IMG/VR virus record: IMGVR_UViG_3300010413_000013
Location: 12,010-76,009 of that record
Direction: 5' to 3' (one strand)
DNA length: 64,000 nt
DNA from: a virus
Numbering within the stretch: the stretch's first letter is position 1; each line of letters begins with the position of its first letter. The notes below the pieces were generated by a model. That model did not search any database, was not told where the DNA came from, and saw only the letters and a list, made by a program, of their open reading frames with translations. The translations under genes and the position numbers were made by a program. Positions 48,389 to 58,446 of this stretch are shown here, piece by piece.

Positions 48389-48853
48389 TTATTTAAACAT
48401 GCACAGACAAAACCCATAGGGATGTGCAGCAGCACCAGCAGAAGAAGAAGAAAGATCAATTGCTTCTAGAGCAATAGCAACAACGTCTTCTTCCATAACA
48501 ACAGCAGAAGAATCACCGTGTGCTTCTCTCACTTCTCCATTACCAGCAGATACCAACTTATCTCCAATGGCAATATTTTCTCCGATCTTAACCTTCAAGT
48601 AGCATTTCGCACCGGGAGCAGGAATTACTGCTCTTGCCCTATCAGTAGTAGCATAAGCATCAGTCACTCCTTCACCTTCCAGATCATTCTCAATTGCTAC
48701 CATAACAGGAATACATGATCCACCATCAGTAGAATGTTTCTGGAGTGTATTTGAAGAAGTAAGTTCAAGCAAATGCCCCGGATAGAAAGCTGCTGCCGGA
48801 ACTCTTTCAATATACTCTACGTTTCCACCAGCAATAATAGTAGTAACTGTCAT
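48389..48853 (-). CDS. Head decoration/cement protein
   Basis: Between scaffold/protease and MCP; PGHLLE, IAIGDKLVSAGNG. Confidence 0.65.
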   Translation of the reverse strand: MTVTTIIAGGNVEYIERVPAAAFYPGHLLELTSSNTLQKHSTDGGSCIPVMVAIENDLEGEGVTDAYATTDRARAVIPAPGAKCYLKVKIGENIAIGDKLVSAGNGEVREAHGDSSAVVMEEDVVAIALEAIDLSSSSAGAAAHPYGFCLCMFK

Positions 48854-48883
48854 AATATAATTATGCCTCCTTTAAATCTTAAA

Positions 48884-50461
48884 TTATTCTTTGTTCATAT
48901 CTGCAAGAGTAGGTACAGCCATTGGTTCTACTCCTTCAGTATTAAAGACACCACCAGACCTACCACTATAGTCTGCTTCTCCACCTTCCGGTACAGGAGC
49001 TTCTACCAAAGCAGCAATTGCTTCCAGTTCTTCAATGTCTTTTGCTTTAAGCTGATCCTCTGTAAATTTGTTCTTCTCACTTCCGGTAATAAGAGTAATC
49101 AGCTTTGTCTTCTTTGCATCATACTCTTTCAAACCAATCCTAACAGTTTTCTGAACATCTTCTGGAAGATCTTCCATTGTCACTTTTTTCTCTTCATTAT
49201 TCACCTGTTTCCCTCCTTCTTCTCCACCTTCTGCCGGGGGAGTTTCCGGTACATCTGGTTGTTTATAAGCGGTTTCCTCAATCTTGGCAAATGCTTCTTC
49301 ATTCAAGCCAAGAAGCCATTCCTTGTCAGTTTCCCCATAGGGAGTATCCTCGTTTGCGATTAATGCATTCACTCTGTCTTCACAACACATATTATTAATT
49401 GCCTCCTTCTTCATTTTGTTTTTTACTTCTACATATTCTTTTTTAACTTTCACCTCAATAGGTGCTTCGTTAAATTCTACTTCACCGTTTTGAGTAGTAG
49501 AGTATTTTACTTTATATAGTTTACTCTCTTCACCTTCCTTATATCTCTCATAAACTATATAATCCTTATATGCATCTACAAGCCAAAAGCTCGTTCCTAG
49601 TGGTGCTTGTGACCTTACTGCATTAGCTAACTTCTCCAACTTCTCGAACATTCCATCTTCGGTCTTTGCATAGTCTAGCAAACCACTTAAAAAATGTTTT
49701 ATCATTCCTTTTATTATATTATCATCTTCTTTTGCTGCTTGATTCCTTAGTAGTCCACACCCATCTGAAGTAGAACATGCTCCTTTATCATTTGGCAGCA
49801 AAGCTAGATGGTCCCCTCTAATTTCTGTAACAGTTCCTTCATAATCTTCTCCATTCCATGTACCACCTTCCATATCTACAACTGCTACTACTCCTGTACT
49901 TATTTCGCCTTTGTTTTTATAGCTTAGTACATCATTGATAAAGTTTGGTGCTTGTTCTTCTATCTTAGCAGTATTTATATATAGATCTGCTTTAATCTTA
50001 TTATCAGCATATCTACTATTAAATACATTTCCTACCGTACATCTTTCATAAACTTCTGGAGTATCACAAGGTACATACTGTCCATCATCGTCTTTAGGAT
50101 GCCCTACTGTTATTGGTGCTTTGTTCCAAACATTGGCATATTTCTCCAGTACATCACTAGAGTAGTAAAGCGGTCCTGCTCCTACTCCACTATGCACACC
50201 CTCTACTAGTAGTACAGCAGGAATTACTGTAGTAGGAGCATTATTAAATGTTATGTTCTTAGTTTCATTTACCAACAAAGTCACTTTGACTTGCAAATTA
50301 TTATTCATTTGGTTGTTTGTCCTTTTCTTTTTAAATTGACTGTAACAAATAGCTGCTCTCTGTTTAGAATCTGAATATTCTTTTTTCATTACTTCACTTC
50401 CCATACATCTAGAAACGAAGTCTGATTGTTTCTCTCCCTTGCTTGGAGTAGGTATTGGCAT
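48884..50461 (-). CDS. DUF2213-like capsid maturation protease/scaffold
   Basis: PITVGHP, EISTG, DHLALLP..GACS..GCG. Confidence 0.75.
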   Translation of the reverse strand: MPIPTPSKGEKQSDFVSRCMGSEVMKKEYSDSKQRAAICYSQFKKKRTNNQMNNNLQVKVTLLVNETKNITFNNAPTTVIPAVLLVEGVHSGVGAGPLYYSSDVLEKYANVWNKAPITVGHPKDDDGQYVPCDTPEVYERCTVGNVFNSRYADNKIKADLYINTAKIEEQAPNFINDVLSYKNKGEISTGVVAVVDMEGGTWNGEDYEGTVTEIRGDHLALLPNDKGACSTSDGCGLLRNQAAKEDDNIIKGMIKHFLSGLLDYAKTEDGMFEKLEKLANAVRSQAPLGTSFWLVDAYKDYIVYERYKEGEESKLYKVKYSTTQNGEVEFNEAPIEVKVKKEYVEVKNKMKKEAINNMCCEDRVNALIANEDTPYGETDKEWLLGLNEEAFAKIEETAYKQPDVPETPPAEGGEEGGKQVNNEEKKVTMEDLPEDVQKTVRIGLKEYDAKKTKLITLITGSEKNKFTEDQLKAKDIEELEAIAALVEAPVPEGGEADYSGRSGGVFNTEGVEPMAVPTLADMNKE

Positions 50462-50463
50462 TA

Positions 50464-50661
50464 TTAGTCTGTCTCCATCTCTATCATTTTTGTATTCTCT
50501 TTTAAATCTAATAATTCTTGTGCTACCTTATCACCTTTCTTTGCTTTTTTCTTCAACCTAGCAGAATTAAACCAATCGTCGTTCAAAGACTCTTCTACTA
50601 AGTCTACTACAAATGGTGCTACCTTCTTTCCCATTTTACATCCCCTTCCAAAATAAGTCAT
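50464..50661 (-). CDS. Small protein downstream of MuF (possible antitoxin/partner)
   Basis: Coupled to the MuF stop; function inferred from position only. Confidence 0.4.
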   Translation of the reverse strand: MTYFGRGCKMGKKVAPFVVDLVEESLNDDWFNSARLKKKAKKGDKVAQELLDLKENTKMIEMETD

Positions 50662-52492
50662 TTATAGGTACTTGTTTATTTCCACCTAATACTATAAACT
50701 CTCTTTCAGACATAAACTTATTCTTCCACCAAAGCTCATGTGGTAGTACTACATCTTTGGTACTCATTTCTATCCTAGCTGTAACCCCACCAGCGTTTTT
50801 TCCAAACCCATCTGCTATTGACACTTCATCTGTATATCCAGACAAAGCATTTTCTCTAATTGGAACCAAACCATAGCCTTCTTTTTGTGCTTCTAAACAC
50901 CTTGCTTTAAAGGCTGGTCCTGTTTTACTTCCGTCAGTTCCACGATATAGAGTAATTTTCTTTTGTCCTACTGCTCTATAATATTCTTGGGTAGCTGCTC
51001 TCACTCTTATATACTCGTCTATTACTCTGTCTTCCATACCACTTGCCAAATATTTCTTTACTTCTTTCTCTATAGACTCACTGGATACAAAAGCTTTTAT
51101 TTCTCTGTTCTCTACTTTTGCTGCTACAAACTTTAAAGAAGCAGGATACGAACCTTGTGTAGACCCTTGCCAAATAGAAAGGAGGTTCATCACATTGGGG
51201 CATTCTTCGCTTATCTTCTTTCTGATAACACTCTGCATTGATCCTTCTGTCTTATCTTCTAATCCTTCAATAAACTTTCTGTACTCCTTCCTGTAAAGCT
51301 TGTATACATTCTCGTATTCCCCTCTCAGTGTTCCTACTTCTTCCGCTTCATACTTTTTACCTATCGGATACCTTTTAATCTTTACTGGTTCTTTCTTCTT
51401 TTTAGCATAGTCTAATTTTGCTTTAGCTTTTTCTATAGCCTTTTTCTTTATAGCTATCTGCTTCTCCAGTGCTGCTAATGCTTGTTGTTTAGCAAGCAGT
51501 TCTTGTTTAACCTTTACTGCTTTTATGGCTTTTACTCCTAATGCTTTTTCCCTCTTAGCAGCAGCTTTAGTATTGCTGCCATGAATACTTTTCATATAAG
51601 GTAGTAAAGCACATCTGCAATTTGGTTCACCTATTAACTCTTCTGCTTCTTGCCTAGTATATATTCTACCATGCCTTTCTATATGTGTATCTCTAACCCT
51701 TTCATCTAGTGCTGTCCACCACTGTACTAATATTTCTTCATTTACTATAGGTTCAAAATTCTCGTATTCGGTTAATGCTCCTAAATTATGTGTTCTTACT
51801 ATTTCAGTTCGAGTAATCAATCTTGCTCTATTGATTGCTCTCATATTCTTTCCACCTACTGTTACCATACCAGTTTTATCTTTGTCAATAGTATCCAACA
51901 TATTCCTAGCAATTTGATATGGTCCCTTACCTTCTGCTAGTCCTAATGATAGTACTCTACTTATCTGCCGATCCATTACTTCTGTAATGCCCTCTAGATC
52001 AGAAAAGATTCTACTATAAATAGGTTCTATTCTTTCTATATGAATAGGCTGATTAAAACCCACTCCAATACTTCCTTTCAGTACAGTGGGTGGTAAATCT
52101 TCTACTCCACTTGCTTTAAGCTCTGCTCTTCCTGTCAATATCCCTTTCTGATATGCCGTTTGAATATAAGTATTAGTCCACGGTTCTATCTTTCCTGTAA
52201 GTGGGTTCTTTACTTTCTCCAGTATTCCTATTTCTTGTTGTTCTTTTAACCACTCTATAAATTCATTTACCTTCTCTGCATCATTCCTATATTCAAAAGC
52301 TCTAAAACCGGGAGTAGACAATTTAATATTGGCTATCAGTTTTAGTTTGTTCATCTTCTCTTCTTTTAAACCTAAACAATCTTCCTTGACTACAGCTTTC
52401 CATATAACAGCTTTCAGTTCTCTGAAACGTCTAGCCATATCATTAGAAAACCTTCTTCTAAGTACTATAGTTCTGGTAGGATCTTGTTTCAT
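50636..52492 (-). CDS. MuF/SPP1 gp7-like head morphogenesis protein with C-terminal ADP-ribosyltransferase-like domain
   Basis: DPTRT, RARLITRTE, WWTALDERVRDTH, EPNCRC; C-terminal LYRG / SGYT / EREF. Confidence 0.8.
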   Translation of the reverse strand: MKQDPTRTIVLRRRFSNDMARRFRELKAVIWKAVVKEDCLGLKEEKMNKLKLIANIKLSTPGFRAFEYRNDAEKVNEFIEWLKEQQEIGILEKVKNPLTGKIEPWTNTYIQTAYQKGILTGRAELKASGVEDLPPTVLKGSIGVGFNQPIHIERIEPIYSRIFSDLEGITEVMDRQISRVLSLGLAEGKGPYQIARNMLDTIDKDKTGMVTVGGKNMRAINRARLITRTEIVRTHNLGALTEYENFEPIVNEEILVQWWTALDERVRDTHIERHGRIYTRQEAEELIGEPNCRCALLPYMKSIHGSNTKAAAKREKALGVKAIKAVKVKQELLAKQQALAALEKQIAIKKKAIEKAKAKLDYAKKKKEPVKIKRYPIGKKYEAEEVGTLRGEYENVYKLYRKEYRKFIEGLEDKTEGSMQSVIRKKISEECPNVMNLLSIWQGSTQGSYPASLKFVAAKVENREIKAFVSSESIEKEVKKYLASGMEDRVIDEYIRVRAATQEYYRAVGQKKITLYRGTDGSKTGPAFKARCLEAQKEGYGLVPIRENALSGYTDEVSIADGFGKNAGGVTARIEMSTKDVVLPHELWWKNKFMSEREFIVLGGNKQVPINDLFWKGM

Positions 52493-52773
52493 GCTGCTAA
52501 TGGATCTAATACTCTATGTTCTGCAACAGCACCGTAACCCTGCCAAGAAGACAATACTACATATATTTGAAATTCCCAAATACCAGATTCATCTATATCA
52601 CTTGCTTGGGTAGTATATGTTAAATAATCTGTTCCCTCTAAAGCAGCGGTCCATTCTACCAGAGTACCTCCCGGTTTCTTTGCTCTTATCTTCTTGGTAC
52701 TAGCACTGCTTATATCAGTACCAGCATTAAGCTTGATTACTGTTCCAACATCTCCTACAAACATATTAGACAT
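52489..52773 (-). CDS. Small virion protein (BppU-N-like Ig fold)
   Basis: GDVGTVI, KKPGG..VEW.A, YTTQASDIDESGIW..Q. Confidence 0.55.
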   Translation of the reverse strand: MSNMFVGDVGTVIKLNAGTDISSASTKKIRAKKPGGTLVEWTAALEGTDYLTYTTQASDIDESGIWEFQIYVVLSSWQGYGAVAEHRVLDPLAA

Positions 52774-52774
52774 T

Positions 52775-55174
52775 TTAAAATTCCTCCAATTCGACTATAG
52801 AAGTTAATAACTTCTCTGTAGTAATAGCTGAAGCTAGAGTAGCACTAGTTAATATAGCACTCTCTAATGGCACTTCTGTATAAGCAAGCTCAGAATCAAA
52901 AGTAGCAGTAATTAATATATTACTTCCTAAATTTGTTGTTGTTGCTATATATGAATCTAATTCTATAAGTTCTAGTAAATTAGTTTTTACCTGTACCCAC
53001 TGCCCATCTAGTAAAGTTTCACAAACTATATCACCAGCATTTAAATTCCTTATAGCTTGTGCAGTAATACCAGCAATAGAAGTAGCAGCAGATATATCAC
53101 CAACAGTTAAATCTCTTATAGCAGTTAAAGTAACATTCTCTATAGATGTTTCTGAAGATATTTCTCCAGCATTTAAATCTCGTATCCTAGTTAATATAGC
53201 AGGATCTATACTGGTACTACATGCAACATCTCCAGCATTAAGTTCATTAGAAGTAGTAACTTCACCAGCAGTAATAGAAGTTTCAACAGATATATCTTCT
53301 GCATTTAATGCTCTTATTCTTTGTATAGTAGCAGCATCTACAGCAGTATCAGACTCTATATTTTTTGGATTTACTGCTCTAATTGCTTCTACTACAGCAG
53401 GATCTACAGAACAATCGGATGTTACGTTTTCTGCATTAAGATTATGGATAACATTAAGTGTTACACTATCAAAAGTCGTTTCTACTTCTGCATCTTCTGC
53501 ATCTACTGCCCTAATAACATCTAAAACTGTACCAGTAATTGTTGTATCACATGAAATATTCGATGCATCTAACTGTTCCGGTAGTTCTTCTGTAGAGAAA
53601 GGAGGTTCAGTAATATGAGTATCACAAGCAATGTCTTCTGGATTAATCGCCCATATAGTAGTTAAAGTAGCAAGAAGAGTAGTTTCAGATACAATATCTT
53701 CTGCTGTCAAATCTCTAATTGGTTGTATGGAAGCAGAATCTATACTGGTATCACAAGCAATGTCTTCGGCTGTTAAATCTCTAATTGGTTGTAAATCACC
53801 AGCACCAATAGTAGTATCACAAACAATGTCTTCTACTGAAATATCTCTTATAGCTTGAAGAACAGCAGAATCTATACTAGTATCACAAATAATGTCTTCG
53901 GCATTTACTGAAACAACAGAAACAATAGTTAGTGTAATGTCTTGAATAATAATAGCACTAACTACACTAACACTTGCACCATCTAAAGAAGTATTACAAG
54001 AAAGATCTTCTGCATTAAGTGGTCTTATAGGTTGTAAAGACATCCCGGCAAAAGCAGTATTACAATCCAGCTCTTCTGCATTTACTGCTCTAATCGGCTG
54101 AATATCTCCAGTACCAATAGTAGTATCACAAGCTACATTAGAAGCATTTACATCTACTGTTTGTCCAGATATTTGTACAGAAGGTTCTGTTATGCTTGTT
54201 TCACTATCTACTTCTGCTGCTTGTAATAACCTTATAGGCTTTAAATCTCCAGAAGTAATAGATGTTTCACTATCTATTTCACTAGCATCTAATGCTCTTA
54301 TTGGTTGAAGATCAGCAGGATCTATAGATGTTTCACTACCTATTTCAGAAACATTCAAATCCCAAGTGAAATTTATTACAGTGCCAACAAGAGTAGTATT
54401 ACAAGCTATATCTTCTGCATTAAGATCCCAAGTAAAATCTATTGAAGGAACAGTAACAGAAGTTTCACTATCTATTTCTCCAGCATTTAAGTCCCAAGTA
54501 AAATTAATACTTGCTGGAGTTATGCTTGTTTCACTATCTACTTCTGCTGCTTGTACTGCTCGTATTGCTTGTAGAGAAGCAGGACCAACAGAGGTATCAG
54601 AATCTATTTCACCAGCATTTACTGCTACCGGAGTAGCACCAGCAGCGGTGGTTAGAGTAATTGCCATTGTAGCAAAATCTACATTGCTTACATTTTCATG
54701 TAATCTAAAATAATAAATTTGAGAAGGATCAGCATTAGAAGTATCAATTACCCATTGAGTTTCAATCCAATTTTCAGCAGCATTAGTAATAGTGCCTGAG
54801 TCTGGTAAGGTATTATCTCCTTCATTCAAATAACAGTGTTCTGGAGTAGTAGCAGGAACACAACTAGCTTCATTAGATAATCTAGAAGTACTACTCCCAT
54901 CATCGGTTCCTACTCCCGAGCCGGGATCTAGCTGTCCATTGCCAGAGTCTACTCCTATATCATACCAATTTATACTATTGGGGGAATATTGTAATTTTAA
55001 TTGACTACCATCATTAGTTTTATTACAACCACCAGCAGAAAAAGCATTTATACAAAGAATAAACTGGTCCCCAACATCAAGCCCACTATAGCTTATGTCT
55101 TCATTCGCTAAAGGAGTCCAACCATCATCATAGAATCGGGCATGTCCAGCGGTATCTAAATAACTATTGCCCAT
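52775..55174 (-). CDS. Acidic ~22-aa repeat virion/fibre protein (paralogue B)
   Basis: Repeats of type QPIRDLTAEDIACDTSIDSASI; N-domain paralogous to the next ORF. Confidence 0.7.
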   Translation of the reverse strand: MGNSYLDTAGHARFYDDGWTPLANEDISYSGLDVGDQFILCINAFSAGGCNKTNDGSQLKLQYSPNSINWYDIGVDSGNGQLDPGSGVGTDDGSSTSRLSNEASCVPATTPEHCYLNEGDNTLPDSGTITNAAENWIETQWVIDTSNADPSQIYYFRLHENVSNVDFATMAITLTTAAGATPVAVNAGEIDSDTSVGPASLQAIRAVQAAEVDSETSITPASINFTWDLNAGEIDSETSVTVPSIDFTWDLNAEDIACNTTLVGTVINFTWDLNVSEIGSETSIDPADLQPIRALDASEIDSETSITSGDLKPIRLLQAAEVDSETSITEPSVQISGQTVDVNASNVACDTTIGTGDIQPIRAVNAEELDCNTAFAGMSLQPIRPLNAEDLSCNTSLDGASVSVVSAIIIQDITLTIVSVVSVNAEDIICDTSIDSAVLQAIRDISVEDIVCDTTIGAGDLQPIRDLTAEDIACDTSIDSASIQPIRDLTAEDIVSETTLLATLTTIWAINPEDIACDTHITEPPFSTEELPEQLDASNISCDTTITGTVLDVIRAVDAEDAEVETTFDSVTLNVIHNLNAENVTSDCSVDPAVVEAIRAVNPKNIESDTAVDAATIQRIRALNAEDISVETSITAGEVTTSNELNAGDVACSTSIDPAILTRIRDLNAGEISSETSIENVTLTAIRDLTVGDISAATSIAGITAQAIRNLNAGDIVCETLLDGQWVQVKTNLLELIELDSYIATTTNLGSNILITATFDSELAYTEVPLESAILTSATLASAITTEKLLTSIVELEEF

Positions 55175-57675
55175 TAGTTTTCTACCTTAATTTGTGCATA
55201 TCCTAAAGAAGAAAACGCACCAGTATAATTATTCCACCCTGCTACTAAACAAGCTGCTTGTGTCGCTCCTGTTCTATAACTCAAAGTTCCTTCATCTGCA
55301 CTAGAACCATAATAAACATTTTGATCTACTTCTACATTATGTACACCAGTATTCACCATTTCAAATATTGCATACTGTCCTGCTTCTAATTCTAATGCTT
55401 CATTATCTCCTGATCCTGTTATTGTTCCTGTCTTTTCAAATATCCCTTGTACAAAGGTTCTAGTATTGTCTTCCAATACTCCACTAGCTTGCCCCCAAGT
55501 AGTAGAACCAGAAATTGCTGTATATATAGAAAGACTCGTTCCAGCTATATCAGTAGCACTTGGAATATTAGAAGCATCTAATGCTCGTATAACATTCAAT
55601 ATAGCAGGATCTATACTTACTTCACAATCTACTTCTTCTGCTGTTAAATCTCTTATAGCCTGTAAAGTAGCAGCAGTAATACTAGTAAGACAACTTATAT
55701 CTGCACAATATAAATCTTTTATTACATTAAGTATAGCTGGATCTATAGAAGTTTCAGAATCTACTTCTTCTGCATTAAGTGGTCTTATAGGTTGTAATGT
55801 AGCTGGTAAGGTTGTTTCAGAAGCTATATCTCCTGCTGTTAAATCTCTTATAGGTTGAATACTACCAGCAGTTATATTAGTATCACAAACAATATCCGCA
55901 GGAGTTAATTCTCCAGAAACAGAACCTTCAGTAATATGAGTATCACAGGCAATGTCTTCTACCTGTAAGAGTCGAACAGCGTGTAGAGTAGCTGGTAATG
56001 TAGTATCTACATTTAAATCTTCAGCAGTAATATCTCTTATAGGTTGTAGACTTGCATTTACTAAAGAAGTATCTATATTTAAATTATCTGCTGAAACATC
56101 TCTTATAGGTTGTAGACTAGCAGCAGTTATAGAGGTTTCACTATCTATCTCATTAGCATCTACTGGTCTAATAGCTTGAAGGCTTGCTGCTTCTATAGTA
56201 GTAGAACAATCTACTTCTTCTGCATTAAGTGGTCTTATAGGTTGTAATGTAGCTGGTAAGGTTGTATCTACATTTAAATTAGCACAATCTACTGCCCTAA
56301 TAGGCTGAATAGAAGCATCAGCAATGCTAGTATTACATGCTATATCTCCAGCATTTACATCTACTGTTTGTCCAGATATTTCAACATAGCCAGCAGTAAT
56401 AGAAGTTTCAGAGTCTACTTCTTCTGCTTGCAACAATCGGACAGGTTGTAAACTTGCTGCTCCTATAGAAGTTTCACTATCTATCTCTGCTGGTGCTAAA
56501 TCCCTAATAGGTTGAAGATCAGCAGGATCTATACTGGTAGAACAATCTACTTCTTCTGCATCCAATGCCCTAATAGGTTGTAGACTAGCAGCAGTAATAG
56601 AGGTTTCGGAGTCTACTTCACCAGCATTTAAGTCCCAAGTGAAGGTTACTGAAGGTTCAGTAATTGTTGTTTCTGAATCTACTTCTGCCGGGGCTATATC
56701 TCTTACAGGTTGTAGAGAAGCAGGACCAACAGAGGTATCAGAATCTATTTCACCTGCTGTTAAATCTCTTATTGGAGTAAGAGAAGCACCAACAAGAGTA
56801 GTATTACAAGCTATATCTTCTGCATCTACTGCTGTTGCAGAAGGCGGTCCTGTGTTTGTAAGAATACTAAAAGCTGCTGCACTAGCTGGAGGAGAAAAAG
56901 TAAATTCTATTACATCACTTGCTGCTAAGTCTAATGAATAAATAAAACGACCATCAGGAGCAATAACAACCTCTACTCCATCAGTAGGACCAAACTGCTC
57001 TGCTCCTCCACCAGCACCACCAAGAGGATCTACCACAGTGGTAATAACATTTAAATTAGCAGGAGTTAAGCCTCTAGTAAGAAGAGTAAAAGTAGCTGCT
57101 GTAAGAGTAGTATTACAAGCTATATCTTCTGCATTAAGTGCTTTTGCTACAACACCAAGAGTAATAGACAGTGCGCTCATATCAACACCATCCGTAACTT
57201 CATGGAGTCGGAAGTAATATGTCTGTCCTACATTTGCATTAGTAAGATCTAAAACCCATTGAGTTTCAATCCAGTTTTCAACAGCATTAGTAATAGTGCC
57301 AGAATCAGGGAGAGTATTATCTCCTTCATTCAAATAGCAGTATTGACTCGCAGAAGCAGTACATTCCGTTTCATCAGAAAGTTGAGGCGTACTACTCCCA
57401 TCATCAGTACCTACACCACTCCCCGGATCTATCTGCCCACTACCAGAATCTACTCCTATATTATACCAACTTGTCCCATTAGGAGAGTATTGAAGTTGTA
57501 GTTGTGAACCATCATTATCTTTACCACAGTTAGCAGAAGAAAAAGTGTTAATAGCAAGGATAATAGTAGTGCCTTTTGAAGCACTAGCAGAAGCATTTTC
57601 ATTTGCTAATGGTGTCCAATCATCCTCAAAGAATTGAGCGTTTCCACAGGTATCTAAATAAGTATTACCGCCCAT
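55174..57675 (-). CDS. Acidic ~22-aa repeat virion/fibre protein (paralogue A)
   Basis: Same repeat; shared HCYLNEGDNTLPDSGTITNA-type N-domain. Confidence 0.7.
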   Translation of the reverse strand: MGGNTYLDTCGNAQFFEDDWTPLANENASASASKGTTIILAINTFSSANCGKDNDGSQLQLQYSPNGTSWYNIGVDSGSGQIDPGSGVGTDDGSSTPQLSDETECTASASQYCYLNEGDNTLPDSGTITNAVENWIETQWVLDLTNANVGQTYYFRLHEVTDGVDMSALSITLGVVAKALNAEDIACNTTLTAATFTLLTRGLTPANLNVITTVVDPLGGAGGGAEQFGPTDGVEVVIAPDGRFIYSLDLAASDVIEFTFSPPASAAAFSILTNTGPPSATAVDAEDIACNTTLVGASLTPIRDLTAGEIDSDTSVGPASLQPVRDIAPAEVDSETTITEPSVTFTWDLNAGEVDSETSITAASLQPIRALDAEEVDCSTSIDPADLQPIRDLAPAEIDSETSIGAASLQPVRLLQAEEVDSETSITAGYVEISGQTVDVNAGDIACNTSIADASIQPIRAVDCANLNVDTTLPATLQPIRPLNAEEVDCSTTIEAASLQAIRPVDANEIDSETSITAASLQPIRDVSADNLNIDTSLVNASLQPIRDITAEDLNVDTTLPATLHAVRLLQVEDIACDTHITEGSVSGELTPADIVCDTNITAGSIQPIRDLTAGDIASETTLPATLQPIRPLNAEEVDSETSIDPAILNVIKDLYCADISCLTSITAATLQAIRDLTAEEVDCEVSIDPAILNVIRALDASNIPSATDIAGTSLSIYTAISGSTTWGQASGVLEDNTRTFVQGIFEKTGTITGSGDNEALELEAGQYAIFEMVNTGVHNVEVDQNVYYGSSADEGTLSYRTGATQAACLVAGWNNYTGAFSSLGYAQIKVEN

Positions 57676-58021
57676 CTACTTTGCCTTTTTGCTTCTCAAA
57701 GGTTATACTACACCCTATCTCTTCTGCTCTTTTCCCTTTTGGTGGTAAGATACAAGTAAAAGGGAAAAGTCTACCAGCAGTACAATCCCACTTACCATCT
57801 GTTCTTTTTACTAACTTTACACACTTCCCTTCATCATCACATCCAAACGGTCCTTTTTCTCCAACATCCAAACAGCATTCCCCACACTGATTACACCTTT
57901 CTACTTTCACAAAGAATGGTTGATCTCTACCCGGTTCTTTGTAAGCTACCAATTCGGCATTAGACAGAAGTCTTATTACTCCATCCATTGCCCAATCTGG
58001 TATATCTAGTAATATTTTCAT
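57665..58021 (-). CDS. Cys-cluster protein (CxxCxxCC, YkgJ-like)
   Basis: CNQCGECC plus further Cys residues. Confidence 0.55.
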   Translation of the reverse strand: MKILLDIPDWAMDGVIRLLSNAELVAYKEPGRDQPFFVKVERCNQCGECCLDVGEKGPFGCDDEGKCVKLVKRTDGKWDCTAGRLFPFTCILPPKGKRAEEIGCSITFEKQKGKVDGR

Positions 58022-58064
58022 TTTATAGGAGTAGTAGTATTTCTACTACTACTCCCCCCTCCTA

Positions 58065-58427
58065 TTAAGTTGGATCTTTCAAAATAACATAGAAAGCACC
58101 AAGGTTCACCTGATCTGAAGAACCAAGAGATACAGCAGAAGATAAAGAAGCAACAGCAATTACTACACTTGAATCGAGTAGAACAATCTTCTTTGCTGCA
58201 CCACCAGTACCCACACTGATAGCTTTCATATCATTACCACTTGAATGCAAGCACTCAATTTTTCTACCGTTACCAGCAGAAGAGTTATCTATTGGTGAAC
58301 CAAAGTTTCCACCATCCAACGTAATGCTATTGATAAGAATAGCACTAGCAGAAGTTCTCACTTCGCATTCATCACACGCTGCTACTACGTTTAAAGCAGC
58401 ATCAAAAACATTGTTATGAAGTAGCAT
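58065..58427 (-). CDS. Small putative virion protein
   Basis: AAGGAGG RBS; beta-rich, Gly/Ser/Ala-rich. Confidence 0.55.
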   Translation of the reverse strand: MLLHNNVFDAALNVVAACDECEVRTSASAILINSITLDGGNFGSPIDNSSAGNGRKIECLHSSGNDMKAISVGTGGAAKKIVLLDSSVVIAVASLSSAVSLGSSDQVNLGAFYVILKDPT

Positions 58428-58446
58428 AAATCATTAAACGCCTCCT

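Noticed and set aside
52775-57675. Diversity-generating retroelement or CRISPR array suggested by repeated DNA blocks
   Set aside because: Repeats are in-frame coding repeats; there is no reverse transcriptase, no evident adenine-specific variation and no repeat-spacer periodicity.
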